A DNA stretch of 64,000 nucleotides, from positions 1 to 64,000 of the forward strand of contig NIVC01001765.1 in NCBI GenBank assembly GCA_002269645.1. Reading direction: 5' to 3'. This document shows, one piece after another, positions 51,701 to 64,000 of the stretch. Origin of the DNA: Macrostomum lignano (Eukaryota). The notes below the pieces were generated by a model that did not search any database, was not told the origin of the DNA, and worked only from the letters and a program-made list of their open reading frames with translations. The first letter of the stretch is position 1, and the number at the start of each line of letters is the position of its first letter. The position numbers and the translations under genes were made by a program.

Positions 51701-54700
51701 GTCGCTATGGACGGAGGGTTGGCGCCGCCCAGGGAGGTCCCCCAGTGTCGCCAGCAGCTATAATGCTCTCTGGAAAGGAGAGTTCAGCCCTGCGGGTGGC
51801 CCGAAGGTAGCGCATGAGCTGATTAAAGTTTTCGGGTTTGCACGCTTCAGTAATAGATGTGTGTGGCCCGAGGTAAGTGAGTCTGGCCCGCGTGAAGGCG
51901 GGACAGATGCTGACGAAATGCTCAGCGGTTTCGTCACCTGAGTTGCAGAAACTGCAGGTGGCGTTGGTGGCGTTGCCCTGCAGGTACTGGTGCCTGGAGA
52001 AGCAGCCGTGACCAGAGAGGGTCATGGTGGCAGCCCGGATGTCTCTGCGCGAGAGGCGCAAGAGGAGCTTCCGGAGCTGGTGAGAGGGCTGAGGGACAGC
52101 GCCTCTGGATTGCCTGCAGTTCGTGCGGTTCGCCCAAGTCGAGCGGTGCTGAGTCCTGATCCACGCTTTGATGCGCGAGTCGATGACACAGCCAGGAATC
52201 GGGACAAGAGGTTCGGGGCCGAGAGAGGAGCCGGAGGCACCAACTTTTGCAAGGTGCCAACTCATTTCCTCGGATCCCCACATGCCCCGGAACCCACTTA
52301 AGGGTAATTTTGTTGGCGGAACCCAACACGTTGAGAAGTTTGATACAGTCGAGGACTGTAGCAGAGTTGGTGCTGCAGCCACTGATGGCGTGCAAGGCAG
52401 CTTGGCTGTCCGAATGGAAAATAATGTTCTTGCCAGTAACGCCAGTGGCGAGAAGCTCTGCAGTGCAGGAGCTGATGGCCAGAACTTCATTTTGGAAAAC
52501 ACTGGAGTTGACCCCAGTGTATTGAGCGTGGGTAGCGATGACCCTCCCGTTCAGAAAGATTCCAACACCAAAGCCGGTGTTGGCTGACTGCTTAGAACCG
52601 TCGGTGTAGCAATGAAGCTCACCAGGGTTCCATTGGTCATTGATGTTATCGCGCGGGTCGATAGCTACGGAGTAGCGCTGTCTCAGGTTGAGCGTTGAGG
52701 CAATGCCATCGGTGAAGACGCGATTGGCCTGACACTCGTTGAGAAAGTTGAGGCACAGATCGCTATGCGGGACAAGGTTCCGCTTAGCAGGTGCTCTCAT
52801 GTAAATGAATTTGACGCCGGCATCAATTAGACGCCGCGTCGTTCTAGCCGCCTCACCCCTGATGAAGAGGTCAAGAGGCGGAAGATTAAGGAAGGCCCCC
52901 ATGCCAGCAAAGGGCGTGGACCTGGTGGCGTTGCAGATGAGCCTACACGCTCTGCCTTGGATCGTGTTGAGCAGGTCTGCATGGCTTTTGACCTGGGTAG
53001 CGCTAACCCAGACAACAGAGGCGTACGTAATGGCAGGTCTAACTACGGAAGTATAGATCCACCAAAGCCGCTTTGGGGATAGACCCCAAGAAGTGCCAAG
53101 TGCTCGTCGGAGCTGGGCCAGGATGGCTGAGGCACGCTTGGCTTTTGCTTTCACGTGGAGGACCAGTTGAGCCGGTGGTCAAGTATGACCCCGAGACATC
53201 TGGTCTGGTGCGCGAAGGCAATATCTCTGCCGTAGAGCTGCAGAGGACGTATGTTCCAGCGTAGTCTGCTGGTAAACATAATGGCAACGGTTTTGGGCTC
53301 AGAGAGTTCCAGACCATTGTCATTGGCCCAGGATTCTGCTTTGCGGATAAAGCTCTGCATCAGATCCCTGAGCGTGCTGGGAGACGGTCCTGCCACAATG
53401 GCCGTGACGTCATCAGCATACCCGACTTTGAAGACGGGGTCGGGTCGGGAGTCACTCAAAAGAGCGTCCATGACCAGGTTCCAGAGCGTCGGGGTGAGGA
53501 CTCCGCCTTGGGGTCCACCCTTACAGACTCTGGTGGAGGCAGTTTGCCCAAGAAGTTGGGCAGTGACCGTACGGTTGGAGATCATGTACATGATCCACCG
53601 TATGAGGGTAGCATGAGCTTTGCGATTTTGAAGGGCCCTCTGAAACGCTTCAAAGATAACGTTGTCGAAGGCGCCAACAATGTCAAGAAAGAGAGCCAGA
53701 GCGTAACCGTCACCCAGTACCGCCCTTTCAATCTTCTCGACAATCGCATGCAGGGCGCTGTCAGTCGACCTCCCGGTACGGAAGGCGTGCTGATTATTGC
53801 TGAGGGGCATCGCTGTCAGCTCGCAGGACAGCAGCCGCCAGAGAATAAGCCTCTCAGTGAGCTTAAGCATGCTGACGTTAAGCTAATAGGCCGGAAGGCC
53901 TTGACGCTTTGGTAGTCACCCTTCCCAGGTTTGGGAATAAAGACTACCCGAGCTTCAGTCCAGCATTTGGGAACGTATCCCAGCTGGATAGAGGCCGCAT
54001 AAGATTGCGGGTGAGTCTCAGGAACGAGGGTATCTTGGCTGCTTCACGAAGGAGAACAGGGTAGATACCATCAGGTCCAGGAGATTTGAAGGGTTTGAAG
54101 GTTCTGACCGCACGAGCGATTAGGTCTTCAGTGACAATGCCCGCCGCTAGGGTGGCTCCATCCATCGAATGGTTGGGCTCCGGTCTAGCAGTAGGTACCC
54201 TCGGGAAGAATGTGCTAAGCATATGCTGAAGCACTTCTTCAGGGTCTTTAGTAAGAGAGCCATCATCTTTTTTGATCATGGCTAATTTGGACATTTTGTC
54301 CATTGTAAGGGCCTTGACAAGCCTAGAAGTAGGTCTGTCTTGATCCAATTCATTGCAGAATTGGCGCCACTTACATTCCTTGGCCTTGCGCACTTCAGAT
54401 TTGAAATTGCGGGAGGCTTGCCGGAAAAGCTCCATGTCCTCCGGGTTTCCGGTCTTCATGGCACGGCGATGAAGGCTTTTGGCCTTCCGCCTGAGTTTCC
54501 CCAGCTCCGGGTTCCACCACGGCGCCGAGGTCTTGCCTTTGTAGGCGCGAGCAGGACAAGCCGCTACGTAGGCTGCAATAATGCAACCTGTCAGCGTCTC
54601 AGCCATATGATCCACATCCTCGCAGGTCTCAATCGGACGTAAGTCCGTGAGTTCCTGCAGGTGCAGATCAAGGGCAGCCTTGTAGGCCGCCCAATCAGTG

Positions 54701-57700
54701 TTGCGGATATTGCGCCTCCAAGTGATCGGAGACTGGGTTTTAGTGTCCGCGATGTTAAAGGCGATAAAGCAGTGGTCAGACAGGGAGGGCTCCTCAGACC
54801 AGACTCTCCACTCCTCAACTCTGTCAAAGAGTCTTGGGGTAACGAGTGTGGCGTCGAGGACCTCGGTCCATCTGCCATTATTAAAGGTAGGAGTGTTGCC
54901 GCGGTTGCAGAGCATGAGGTTTGTGTTAGAGATGAGGGCCAGAAGCTCCTCTCCTCTAGTGTTGGTATCTTTGCTGCCCCAGTGCTTGTGGTGCGCGTTG
55001 AGGTCGCCCCCTAAGCACAGCTCAGCGTTCTGGGACTCGCAGTACTGCGCGAGGCGCAGTAAACTCTCAGGAGCAGGGTCTCTGTCGCCTGGGATATAAA
55101 CCGAGGCAACAAGACACGTACGCGGAGAGAAATGATTAGATTGGATGACGCAAAGGTCTCCATCAGAGAGATCAGTCCTCAGCCAAGCCTGGAGATGGCT
55201 AGCAGCGAGGATAGCCGCTCTAGGGCGGCTGTTCCCCGGGCCACACACATAAAAATCAGAGTAGCCAGAGGGAATGTTGGGCAACTTACCGTTGCGCATC
55301 CAGGGTTCCTGGATCAGGATGAGGCCTGGCCTGTACAGCTCAGCAATCTTCATCAGATTTACTGACGCAGATACGCAATGCTGTAAATTAATTTGCAGAC
55401 AGAATGTCGCTCCTTTGGCAGCGTGGAGCTTAGTCATACTGTATTAAATGCAATTTCTGGCTAGAGCCCAGGGCCATCAAGGAGACTTGGACAACAGATC
55501 GTCCTCGTCCCAGGCCGCTGGGGCTTGACTGGGAGATGGGAGTTGGTCGACGTCCATGGCCTCCTCACCCCCACCGGCCCCCCAGCAGAGTCCTCAGGCT
55601 CCGATGACAGGATGGAGGAAGCTTCCTCACCTGCATCTTTACCTTCAGACCCCACCAGGGTGGCCGAGGAGAGCTCGGATTCCGAAGACCCGGCCTCGTC
55701 CTCAACTCCTTCTCCGACTGGCAGGTTTGGTTCCTGGGGCTCGGCCGGAGCCGTTACCGCGGTCGCCGAACTGCTGCTAGCAGAGGGGCGAGACGCAGCT
55801 TTGGCTTTGGGATCGGCTTGCGCCTTTCCTTGGGCCTTAGACTGCGCCCCGCTCTTGCCGGAGATGCCGAGGTTGGCAGTAGCCTTCCCTTTGGCAGACT
55901 TTCCTCGGCGCATCTTGAGCTTGAGGGCACCCAGCTGGAAAGAAGATCCATTAGGGTACCGACTCGCCCAAGTGCTGGAAAGGCCGAGGACAATTGAGTT
56001 GCCCGTCTCCCCCCTGCGGACTTTACGGTGATACACCAGTCCACTAGCAGGGAGGTCGGGGTTCAGACGCAGTAGGACCCGGCGAATAACGTCTGGTCCA
56101 GCTGCGGTGCTCTTAGCAGGGACGAAAACCACATAGGGTATCGTCTTTGGACGCTGGCCCTCGCGAAGAAAAAGAGCTCCGCCAAGGTCAGCATCTAAGG
56201 AGACCGTCGGTAGCCGCTGAAGCAGCTGCCGAGCGTCCTCCTCGCTGCTAGGAGCAATAAGAACGAATGTGCTTCGCAGCACCATCCGCTCAATGCCGAT
56301 GGAGATTCCCTCCTCGACAGTCAGCTCAATCAGATAGGAGTCAACAGCACTCCACACTTTTTGAAGCTGATCAGTGGTCCAGTCCTGGTCGCGACCTTAG
56401 ATGATCACTCCCGGGATTTTGGCCTTGGCCTACGCCGCAAAGGTAGCTCCCGAAGGAACCTCCTTGTTGGCAGTGGCCATTTGTTGCGCCGTGGTTTCGG
56501 CCTCAGCAGCCGCAGCAGCATTTCCAGGGAGCGCCGCCGCTGAACTACTGGAGCTTCCACCGGCCGGCCCGTCTGGTTGCCTTGGGACGCCAGTCGCTTC
56601 AGCATCCATGGTGGACGCCGCCGCTTTGGCCCCCGCAGCTCCCTTCTTGGCCTGCCTTTTGGCGCGTTGTTTAGCGCGTTTGCGCTCAAGCCGAGCTCGC
56701 TGAGCTTCATCGGATCTGCCAGATTTGGCCGGTCCTTTAGGCTCAGAGCTCGCGGTTCCCTTAGATCCACCAGCGGAGCTGGCAGGTCTTTGGGTATTAT
56801 GAGTTTGGTAGCTCTGGTCGGATCTGCCAGCAGAGCCAGCCGGTCCTTCCTTTGCCACAGTTGAATCAGTCGGTTGGGATCTGCCAGCAGGGCCGGCCGG
56901 TCCTTCGGACTGAGGTTGGGGTTTAGAAGGGTCCCCGTCCCTAGAATTAGTTTGGTTATCCATAGGCGGCTCGAAGGCCATGATAAAAGGTTGGTGGGCT
57001 ACCCTCAAAGGGGCGCGGTACCCACCCGGCCGCTCCACCTGACCGGGCAGTAGGCCAATAGCACCCTCAAGGCTGGCCCGACACCAGGAGGGGGACCGCT
57101 AGCGACCGGACTACTCCCCGGCCTTCCAGCCCATCGGCACGGTCAACACCTTAGGCATTAGAGAGTACGTTGAGCAGTACCACGGCCTGCAGGTTGGCGA
57201 GCCAGACCCGCATACCCAAATTCGGCCGAAGCCACTGGATAGGGTCGCCAGCGCCGGAGCCCAGTCTGTCCAGCAGCCCTAGGGACTGCCTTGAACACAC
57301 GCGGGGACGAGTACCCTGGGTCGACTTGCGAGACAGCGTGGGGGGGGGGTCTGCGGCTGCCAGAGGCAAATAGAGGGTGCAGACCTCCCACCAGCCTTGA
57401 CCTGCTGAAGATAGGGGCAGGCGTGAAGCATCGCAGACCTTAGCCCATGGGCCTAGTCTGTCTCATACTTCACTGGCATGCTGAATACGCCTTCGCGTGC
57501 CAGCTCGCGGTCAGTCGCCGAGTAGTTGCGCTCGGCCTTGTTGAGGGTGCGCGAGGCGAACGCCACAGGCAGCTCGGCGTCACCGTGCAGCTGGCTGAGC
57601 ACCGCGCCAACAGCAAACTGACTGCTGTCGCAACTGAGCACGAACTGCTTGGTGAAATCCGGCAGCCTCAGCACCGGAGCCGTCGTCAGCCGGTCCTTCA

Positions 57701-58926
57701 ACTCGCGGAACGCTCGCTCGCAGTCGCTGCTCCACGCGAAGTCCCTTGATGTCACGCTGACGTCGTGCAGGACCCTCGCCGTCTGGCTGAAGCCTGTGAT
57801 GAACCGGCGGTAGAACCGCAGCATTCCGAGAAACCGCTTCACCTCCTTGATCTTCGTTGGGTTGGGCATGCTGCGAATGGCCTCGACCTTGCCGGGATCC
57901 GGTGCGATGCCCTGTTCGCCCTGTTCACGTCTGCCGGCTGCTCCCAGACGAAGATTTTTGCTTCTCCTATCACTAGCAGTTTCAGCTTCTTTGCCTTCTT
58001 CTTGTCGTCCCATTCGCAGTCGTCGGCGAAGTCCTCAAACGTGCCGAGCCACGTTCTCACGTTTTCGTCCCATTCGCAGTGGTCGGCGAAGTCCTCAAAC
58101 GTGCCGAGCCACGTTCTCACGTTGTCGTCCCATTCGCAGTGGTCGACGAAGTCCTCAAACGTGCCGAGCCACATTCTCACGTTGGAGTCGCCGCTAAACT
58201 TTGGAGGCAATAAACTGGCTTGCTCTGATTTGGCCATACTGAGACCGCTGCCACCAGTGTAAGACCGTGGGTTGAGTTATATTGGCTCACGCCAATATAT
58301 TTATTGCCAAAGCTAGGGTGGGTGTAACCACCCTAAGCACACACGCTGCAGCGCTAAATTCCAACCCTCAAACAAGCCAGACGTGCACATCTAAGTGCAC
58401 GCACACCAACAAGCAGAATAAACGTTGATAAACTACAACACGAACCAGGCTCCCACGTACTGCCCACATTTACACGGCAACGAAATTTACAGAGCCTCCT
58501 GGCTCCCAATAACTTTAAGTCTCAGCCAGGAAACCACTGAATCACTTTAACCAATGCGCTCATTTTACCTATATAATTACAATATTTATCACATTGTCGA
58601 TTACTTTATTCAAACTTCTTGATTGTACGCGCAAATACGACGTATCGATTTTGAGGCTCCCACTTTCAATACGAGCGTACCTGCATTTAATTTAATTCAA
58701 TCGTATAGTACTTGGAAAAAGAACAATTTTTAATATACTAAATATATTGTCGCCCAAACTGACTGGCTAAAAAGCCTCTGGGACAAGTTAGAGCTAGCCT
58801 GAAATTAGGGCTTTAAATGTACATACATCATCCCTACAGATTTTTTGGCCTAACGTAGAGCCCAGAGGCTTGAAACCGGTAGCATTATAATCTAAAATTT
58901 TTTAACACGCTGTGACTTCTCTTCTT

Positions 58927-58985
<59 letters not shown>

Positions 58986-61900
58986 GGTTTGATGCAAACG
59001 TAATGAAACGTTTTATTCACCATGCAGTAAACAGTTAGTCAAACCAATGCCTTGCCATTTAAAGAGTTGAATGTTATCTGTGTTCCGTGGTTAGATTGAA
59101 ACCTACGAAGAAGTTTTTGTACCTAATTACCGATATGAAGATTACTACATGTCAGGTGTAAATAAAAAAAAAGAAATAACATTTGCCTTTTTGTGAGCTT
59201 GTAAAAGTTATAGCCATGCGAGCTGAGAAATAGTTTCATATTTTAAATCCAAAAGTATAATAATAACTACATAACGCACTACTGTGCCCAGTAGTCAATG
59301 TCTCTCCAAAGCAGTGAACAGATAGTCAAGCAAACAAGCAAATATCTTGTCTATTTGAAAAGCTCAAGGTTTATTCAAGTTTTTCAGCTATATGTAAAGC
59401 CAAATTGGGATTAACGAAGAATTGTTTTACCTGGATGCAGTATGCAGGTCATTAGAGTCAAGCCTTACTAATTATTGCCGTTGATACATTTTTAAGTAAC
59501 CAAAATAGTAATAATAAAACATTGGTCATTGTTCGTGAACTTGTACAAGTTCCATCCATATTAGGTAATAAATAGTTTTATATTATAAATCGAAAGATAT
59601 TGAAAGTACATAACGCACTACTGTGCCCAGTAGTCAATGTCTCTAATCTAAACTGCATTATCTATTCCAGCAATCTGCTTCGGCCGCCTGCAGTACTGCC
59701 CCAATGGCGGCTCTTGCAACAGTCCGGACTTCTGCTCCAACTGCAATCCGACTCACTACAGTCCCCGCTGCGACTGTGAGTGGTGGCTCATAGCTTGTGT
59801 AAAGCTTCATTTAAAAGCCACAGAAACGTGCATGCAGAGACATACGATCCGTACGTAAACCCAATTTCAGTGTGTCCACAAGTTCCATTCTGCGCGCTGA
59901 CTTACTGCACGCATTTGCCGAGCGCGATAGAGACGATGACCTGCCAGATTTGCATGTTCGATCACGGACCAAAGGGTCAGGCGTACAAGCTGAGTAGCGA
60001 TCGGAAGGCTTGCATTGGTGAGTTAAAATTAGGCCTCGCTTTCACGGCTCAACCATGAGCTTGTTATAAAAAACTGAACATTGAGGGGACCTTTGGAGAG
60101 CTGCCAAAGAGCGAGACAGCAAGTATCTGATACGGTACTTTGATTGCGCTGAGTCCTGAGCACATATGAGACATACCTATAGTGGCACGTGCTCATACAG
60201 GCTGTTACAACTGCCAAGACTTTCTCTGTCGTGAACACTGTCTGTGCCTTGAGGTTTCGCCCTCGTGATCCTTGTATGGAAACATGCGAAAGTCACGTAT
60301 TAACACCTGAGCTACTCTGCCCCCTCCTGAGAAGAGACCTTCTAGTTCGGTCTGACACTTTGGGCTCGGATAAGTTCCGTATGGAATTCTCACCTATAGG
60401 TAATAGTTTACCAAAGCCTAAGACAAACATTTGAGGGTTAAAATAAAGTCGTCATAGATTCGAATTAAACTGCAGAAACCTGCTCGTGGAGGCGAGAGCA
60501 CAACCTGTGCTTTCCAGGCGTGTGCAACGGGTATCACACGGAGTGCCAGTGCGATGCCGGCTTCACATCGACACCTGGAGCGAGGGACTGTCTAAAAAGT
60601 AAACAAACCGCAATAGAACAACCTGGATTTGCAGAATTAAAACGTAAAAAAAGATTCATCTTGGATATACTAGCATACCGTATTGACTTTCAGTTGTCAC
60701 GAAGCCAACGGTACTGACTGCCACAATGACAGTGAGAATTCCTCCGGATGGAACCAGTAGGTAGATGCCTGGAGCCTTAGAAATTCATAGTTTTTTTAAG
60801 ATATAAAATTTCCTAACGATTTTTTCAGCACCGAAGGACGATGTTACAATTGACTTCCATAAATCACCAAACTCGGTGAACTATATTAATACTAAACCAG
60901 GTAAGTGATCCAAAACAATAGCCATCTGACAGCCATACGCTAATGCAGTTATTTTTCACTGAAATATTCACCTTGTCAGCTCCAAACAGGAAAATCCAGC
61001 TCGAGTGGACAGCAACAAGCCGCTTCAAGCCCACAATATCCAGTCCGGGTCCTCGCGAACACTTCATCCCACCGTCCGGTTACAAGATCGGCCTTGTGCG
61101 AGAAAATTTCGTTTTCGTGCTGTCCGGAAACCGTGAGTTTCACACACGTGGACATACAGTACCTAGCTATACTTACGGCTAGGTAAGCTTAGTGCCGCAT
61201 CTTCATTGCAGAGAATTTCCCCGACAACTCGATCGGTCCTCTGGAAGAGACTGGGATCAGTCCGTCCAACCCGAAGCTCGCAGAACGCGCCTTTACCGGA
61301 CAGCTGAACCAGCTGCCTCCGGCCGGCTGGCAGCTGCAGTCCGGACACTCGCTCAAGTACACGTACTCGGTGTCCAACGGCGGCTTCGTCACTGTCGCTG
61401 ACCTCGACGCCGGAGGAGCCACGCATCCGAGATTTCTCACCGGAGAGTCGTTTACTCAGGCTGGAACATTCGTGTTTGACTACAGCCTGCCGTACCACTG
61501 CACAGTGGCGGGACACGGAGCTCGACCCTGCACTCAGCCATTCGACCAGCGAATGCTTGAGCTTAGCGAAGCCTTCACCAAGCAGGTATGAAGCTTGAAA
61601 TGACATGATTTTGATCGTTGAAACATATCTAAGAATGCGCTAACGTACTTTTATAGAATCAAATCAACGGTAAATTCGGAGGCTGGAGAGACGATCACGC
61701 TGGAGTGCTGCAGTACGACATTGAGCTCAAGCTCATGCACAAAGTCGGAGAGGTGCTGAAAGAGAACGAGATGGCGGGCTCTGAGCACAAAATCATTGAT
61801 TTGAATGGCGAGGGCGAGGAAGAGAGACGAAATGGCGGAAACCGAGAGTTCAGTGTTCACTTTGACTTGCCTCCCGACGAGCCGTCGGTCTACACTGTTG

Positions 61901-64000
61901 TGGTGACGGTGCGCGATGCGGTCAGGAACTCGATCAAGAATGTGAGACGCAGCAGACGCTTCTTTATCTTTGATAACTCGTCGAGCGTGGAAAGCAGGGA
62001 CGAGCGCTATCCTCTCGGTGTAGACGATACCGTCAACAATAGAGGACTGTGGTGGCTTCGACGGCTTGACGGAGACGTCGCGTTCCGATGGACGGACAAC
62101 CTGATCAACGAGGTGCACACAGGTCAAGGCTTTCTGCTACCGATCGAGCATGTACCGGAGTTCTACGGTGACGGCTACGATCAGACTTCCGGACCTCGGA
62201 GCATCCACCCGATCGACAATGTGCACGGAGTCGTGCACTTCGCGTCCCAGTTCGGAGTGGACGCGGTCGGTGGTCGCAGTCTGCAACAGCCGGATCAAAG
62301 CCGGTGGCTCACAACCACCAACATTCACGCCCAGATGCAGAGCTTTCGCTTCGATAGACGAGACGGCGAGTCAGCAAAGTTCTGGGTGATTGGCGAGGAT
62401 GTGATGGGCAACAGCCGTGTGAACAGCTTCCTCATGCACATCGACTCCTCACCTGCCGAGTTAGGGACGCTCAGTCTGACTAACAGAGGCGTCGAGGGGC
62501 TCGTTGTGCACCACAGCAGAGACCTACACAGTTTGAGGTGAGTCCGTTTGAATGCAAAAACTGCTGATATGGACTCGAGTGCCATGACATTTTTGCCCCG
62601 TTTGTAGAGCTCACTGGACCGCGTCCGACTTGCACAGCGGCTTGCACACTGTTCTGTGGGAGATCTTCGACAACCACACTGACGAGATTGTGCAGATGTA
62701 CTCCAACATGGAAGGACGGAGACATTTCGACAGTCTTACGGTAAGAAAGCTTATTAAAAATGACTGTAGGCAAATGATTGTAAAGTGCCGGATTGCTTCC
62801 AGCTGTGCCAAAGGGATTCCGAGAGACCAGACAACTGCTACTGCACTCAAGCTACTGGCTGCTACAACTCATTCTTTGCGGCATCGCCAAACACAAATGC
62901 CACAACGGAGCACAACCACGATTTGCACATTCGACTCACAGTTACAAACGGAGCGGAGTTGGTCGCGAGCAGCGTGATGAAGATTAGCATCGATTTGTCT
63001 GCTCCTCATCCTGGCCACGTGTTCGACGGCGCGCCTGGCGATGAAGAGGTCGACTTCCAGAACGGGCGACACCTGACGGCGCACTGGAGCGGCTTCTTTG
63101 ATCCCGAGAGCGGAGTACGAATGTACAGATATGGCTTCGGAGTATCCTGTCAGTCAGAGTCGCAACTCATACAAGAGACGACGGGTCTTGAGGCGAGCTG
63201 GGAGGCTCCTGGTCCTGGTCGGTACTTCGTCACGGTAGTCGCTTTCAACAACGCGATGGAGCCATCTGCCGCTGTGTGCTCTGACGGAGTCCTGATCACG
63301 GATCAAAGGCCAGAAGTGAGCCAGTTGAGCATCGAGAGTCTTCGAGTCCGTCCAGGACTCATCCTGGACGCAGCTCGCAGGAGCTCTGGTACCTGACCGA
63401 CCTTGGTCGCAGACAGAAACTTCTAAACGATAATGAGACGTGCAGGTAGAGCCAACAGTCTGCTAATTAGCCCTTGCTACGAGCTCTTAATAATGGAAAG
63501 CATCTCTTTTTCAGAGCTCGAGCAACCGTGATGGCGGACAGCGGAGTTCTGGCACTTGATCTCAGCAAGTTCAATCGCACTGTAGTGCTCACTCACGAAG
63601 GAGAGTTCTGTGAGCAAATCGGACCAGCTGGAACTGAGTTCTATCTCACCAAGGACGACAGGGTAAGGCGCGTGTATTGCTGAGTATTTTTGAGAAGAAG
63701 CTTCTTATCAGAGAGCAGGCACTGCATTTCAGCTGAAACTAAGCTGGATTGCCTCCGACAGTGTTTCCGGACTGAGGCACTCCATCCTGTCAGTAGTGAG
63801 CAACGAGGACTCTGTTTCTGATCTTGCCAATCGCGTAGTCACGACACACTCTAGCGAAATTCTCGACCACATTGATTTGAAAGATGGTCAGCAGATCTAC
63901 TTGACAATAGCGGCAGTAAACAGGGCGGGACTGTCGTCAAACATGGTGTGATTTACACTGCAACTTATCTAGACTGCTTGCTATGAAACGGTGAATGTTT
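48149..64000 (+). CDS. Giant secreted EMI/EGF + FN3/Ig-like repeat protein gene, copy 4 (5' half; continues past the window end)
   Basis: Exons 48149-48189 (MLMTKVVLVAFLIR), 48244-48267, 48817-49029, 49118-49227 (CCPGW) and 59671-59775 (EGF-like) have the same lengths and phases as in copy 1. Intron 4 is 10.4 kb (49228-59670) because of the nested elements. Confidence 0.86.
48290..48788. repeat. (TTAG)n microsatellite in intron 2 of copy 4, split by an insertion
   Basis: Mirror of 15343-15835 but shorter. Confidence 0.93.
48439..48698. mobile_element. Probable solo LTR (260 bp) inserted in the (TTAG)n tract
   Basis: Begins TGTCGT and ends ACTACA (TG...CA, 5/6 terminal inverted match); GTTAG on both sides (uninformative as a TSD inside the repeat); AATATAAATA TATA-like motif inside; absent from the left arm. 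Confidence 0.65.
51705..55437 (-). pseudogene. LINE ORF2 (endonuclease, reverse transcriptase, RNase H, zinc knuckle), split by about four frameshifts
   Basis: APE motifs QINLQH, ILIQEPW, GDLNAHH, SDH; RT motifs FRPISL, QHAFRTGRST, FLDIVGAFD, PQGGVLTP, GYADDV; RNase H motifs CYTDGSK, SDSQAAL, WVPGHVGIRGNE; zinc knuckle CSFC-x8-H-x4-C. Frame changes near 54000, 53870, 53155 and 52270. Confidence 0.92.
55461..56981 (-). pseudogene. LINE ORF1 (low-complexity N-terminus + DUF4780-like core), one frame with two in-frame stops
   Basis: ORF-track pieces 56430-57038 and 55461-56357 are in the same frame, separated by TAG (56432-56430) and TAA (56399-56397). The core 'RLNPDLPASGLVYHRKVRRGETGNSIVLGLS' resembles LOA/Lian-type ORF1 (by eye); no CCHC knuckles. 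Confidence 0.7.
58004..58183 (-). repeat. 60-bp gag repeat x3 (right-arm version)
   Basis: Units NVRMWLGTFEDFVDHCEWDD / NVRTWLGTFEDFADHCEWDE / NVRTWLGTFEDFADDCEWDD. Confidence 0.96.
59268..59644. repeat. 38-bp direct repeat (59268-59305, 59607-59644) flanking a 301-bp right-arm-specific insert
   Basis: TACATAACGCACTACTGTGCCCAGTAGTCAATGTCTCT occurs twice; the left arm has one copy (reverse complement at 10394-10431) and no insert. Confidence 0.9.

Larger units (their letters stand above)
51608..57500 (-). mobile_element. Full-length non-LTR retrotransposon (LINE; APE-RT-RNase H-CCHC; LOA/R1/I-group type), 5,893 bp
   Basis: Perfect 12-bp TSD CAGCTCGCGGTC (51596-51607 and 57501-57512) inside the Gypsy RNase H codons 'NYSATDREL'; ~520-bp 5' UTR; ORF1 and ORF2; 3' tail TAAGTCAAGTAAGTCAA. 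Confidence 0.95.
49793..58437 (-). mobile_element. Mirror copy of the deleted Gypsy element, interrupted by a LINE
   Basis: 3' LTR 49793-49986, 5' LTR 58258-58437, PBS 58244-58256; same gag-to-RT deletion junction; an extra ~150-bp deletion in RNase H near 51510; integrase ORFs 50604-51404 and 50047-50706. Confidence 0.92.

Noticed and set aside
57250-57500. HDV-like self-cleaving ribozyme in the LINE 5' UTR (known for some LOA/Baggins elements)
   Set aside because: Partial helices exist (GGTCTGCG/CGCAGACC; CAGTCC-CTA-GGGCTG), but I could not assemble a canonical P1/P1.1/P2/P3 nested pseudoknot by eye. An RNArobo or Infernal search would be needed.

Overview
Eukaryotic DNA, most likely from an invertebrate metazoan, with short GT-AG introns and no prokaryotic features. 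The window is dominated by four partial copies of one very large, unnamed, multi-exon gene, arranged <-copy1 <-copy2 [804-N gap] copy3-> copy4->. The two halves of the window are therefore diverged mirror images of an approximately 23.7-kb tandem unit. Splicing by hand recovers the N-terminus that the ORF track misses: signal peptide (exon 1 plus a 24-nt micro-exon), a propeptide ending in RVTKR, an EMI-like CCPGW module and NIM/EGF-like repeats. These are followed by many FN3/Ig-like 'D-x-T/S-P-P...W-x-G-F-x-D-x-E-S-G' repeats, one DUF642-like (galactose-binding-fold) insert and a soluble-looking C-terminus (estimated 3,000+ aa, not counted exactly). Intron 4 of copies 1 and 4 holds the same internally deleted Gypsy/Ty3 LTR element, whose gag start carries an in-frame 60-bp repeat (6 versus 3 units). 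In the right arm a full-length 5.9-kb APE-RT-RNase H LINE (LOA/R1/I-group type, 12-bp TSD) is nested inside that element. Other arm-specific events: a 360-bp tRNA-derived SINE with a 14-bp TSD whose 3' end resembles the LINE 3' UTR, a solo LTR inside a (TTAG)n tract, an hAT-like MITE whose internal 21-bp minisatellite went from about 8 to about 53 units, and an inversion plus insertion upstream of copy 1. Whether the mirror is a real palindrome or two haplotypes/paralog blocks scaffolded across the gap cannot be decided from this sequence.
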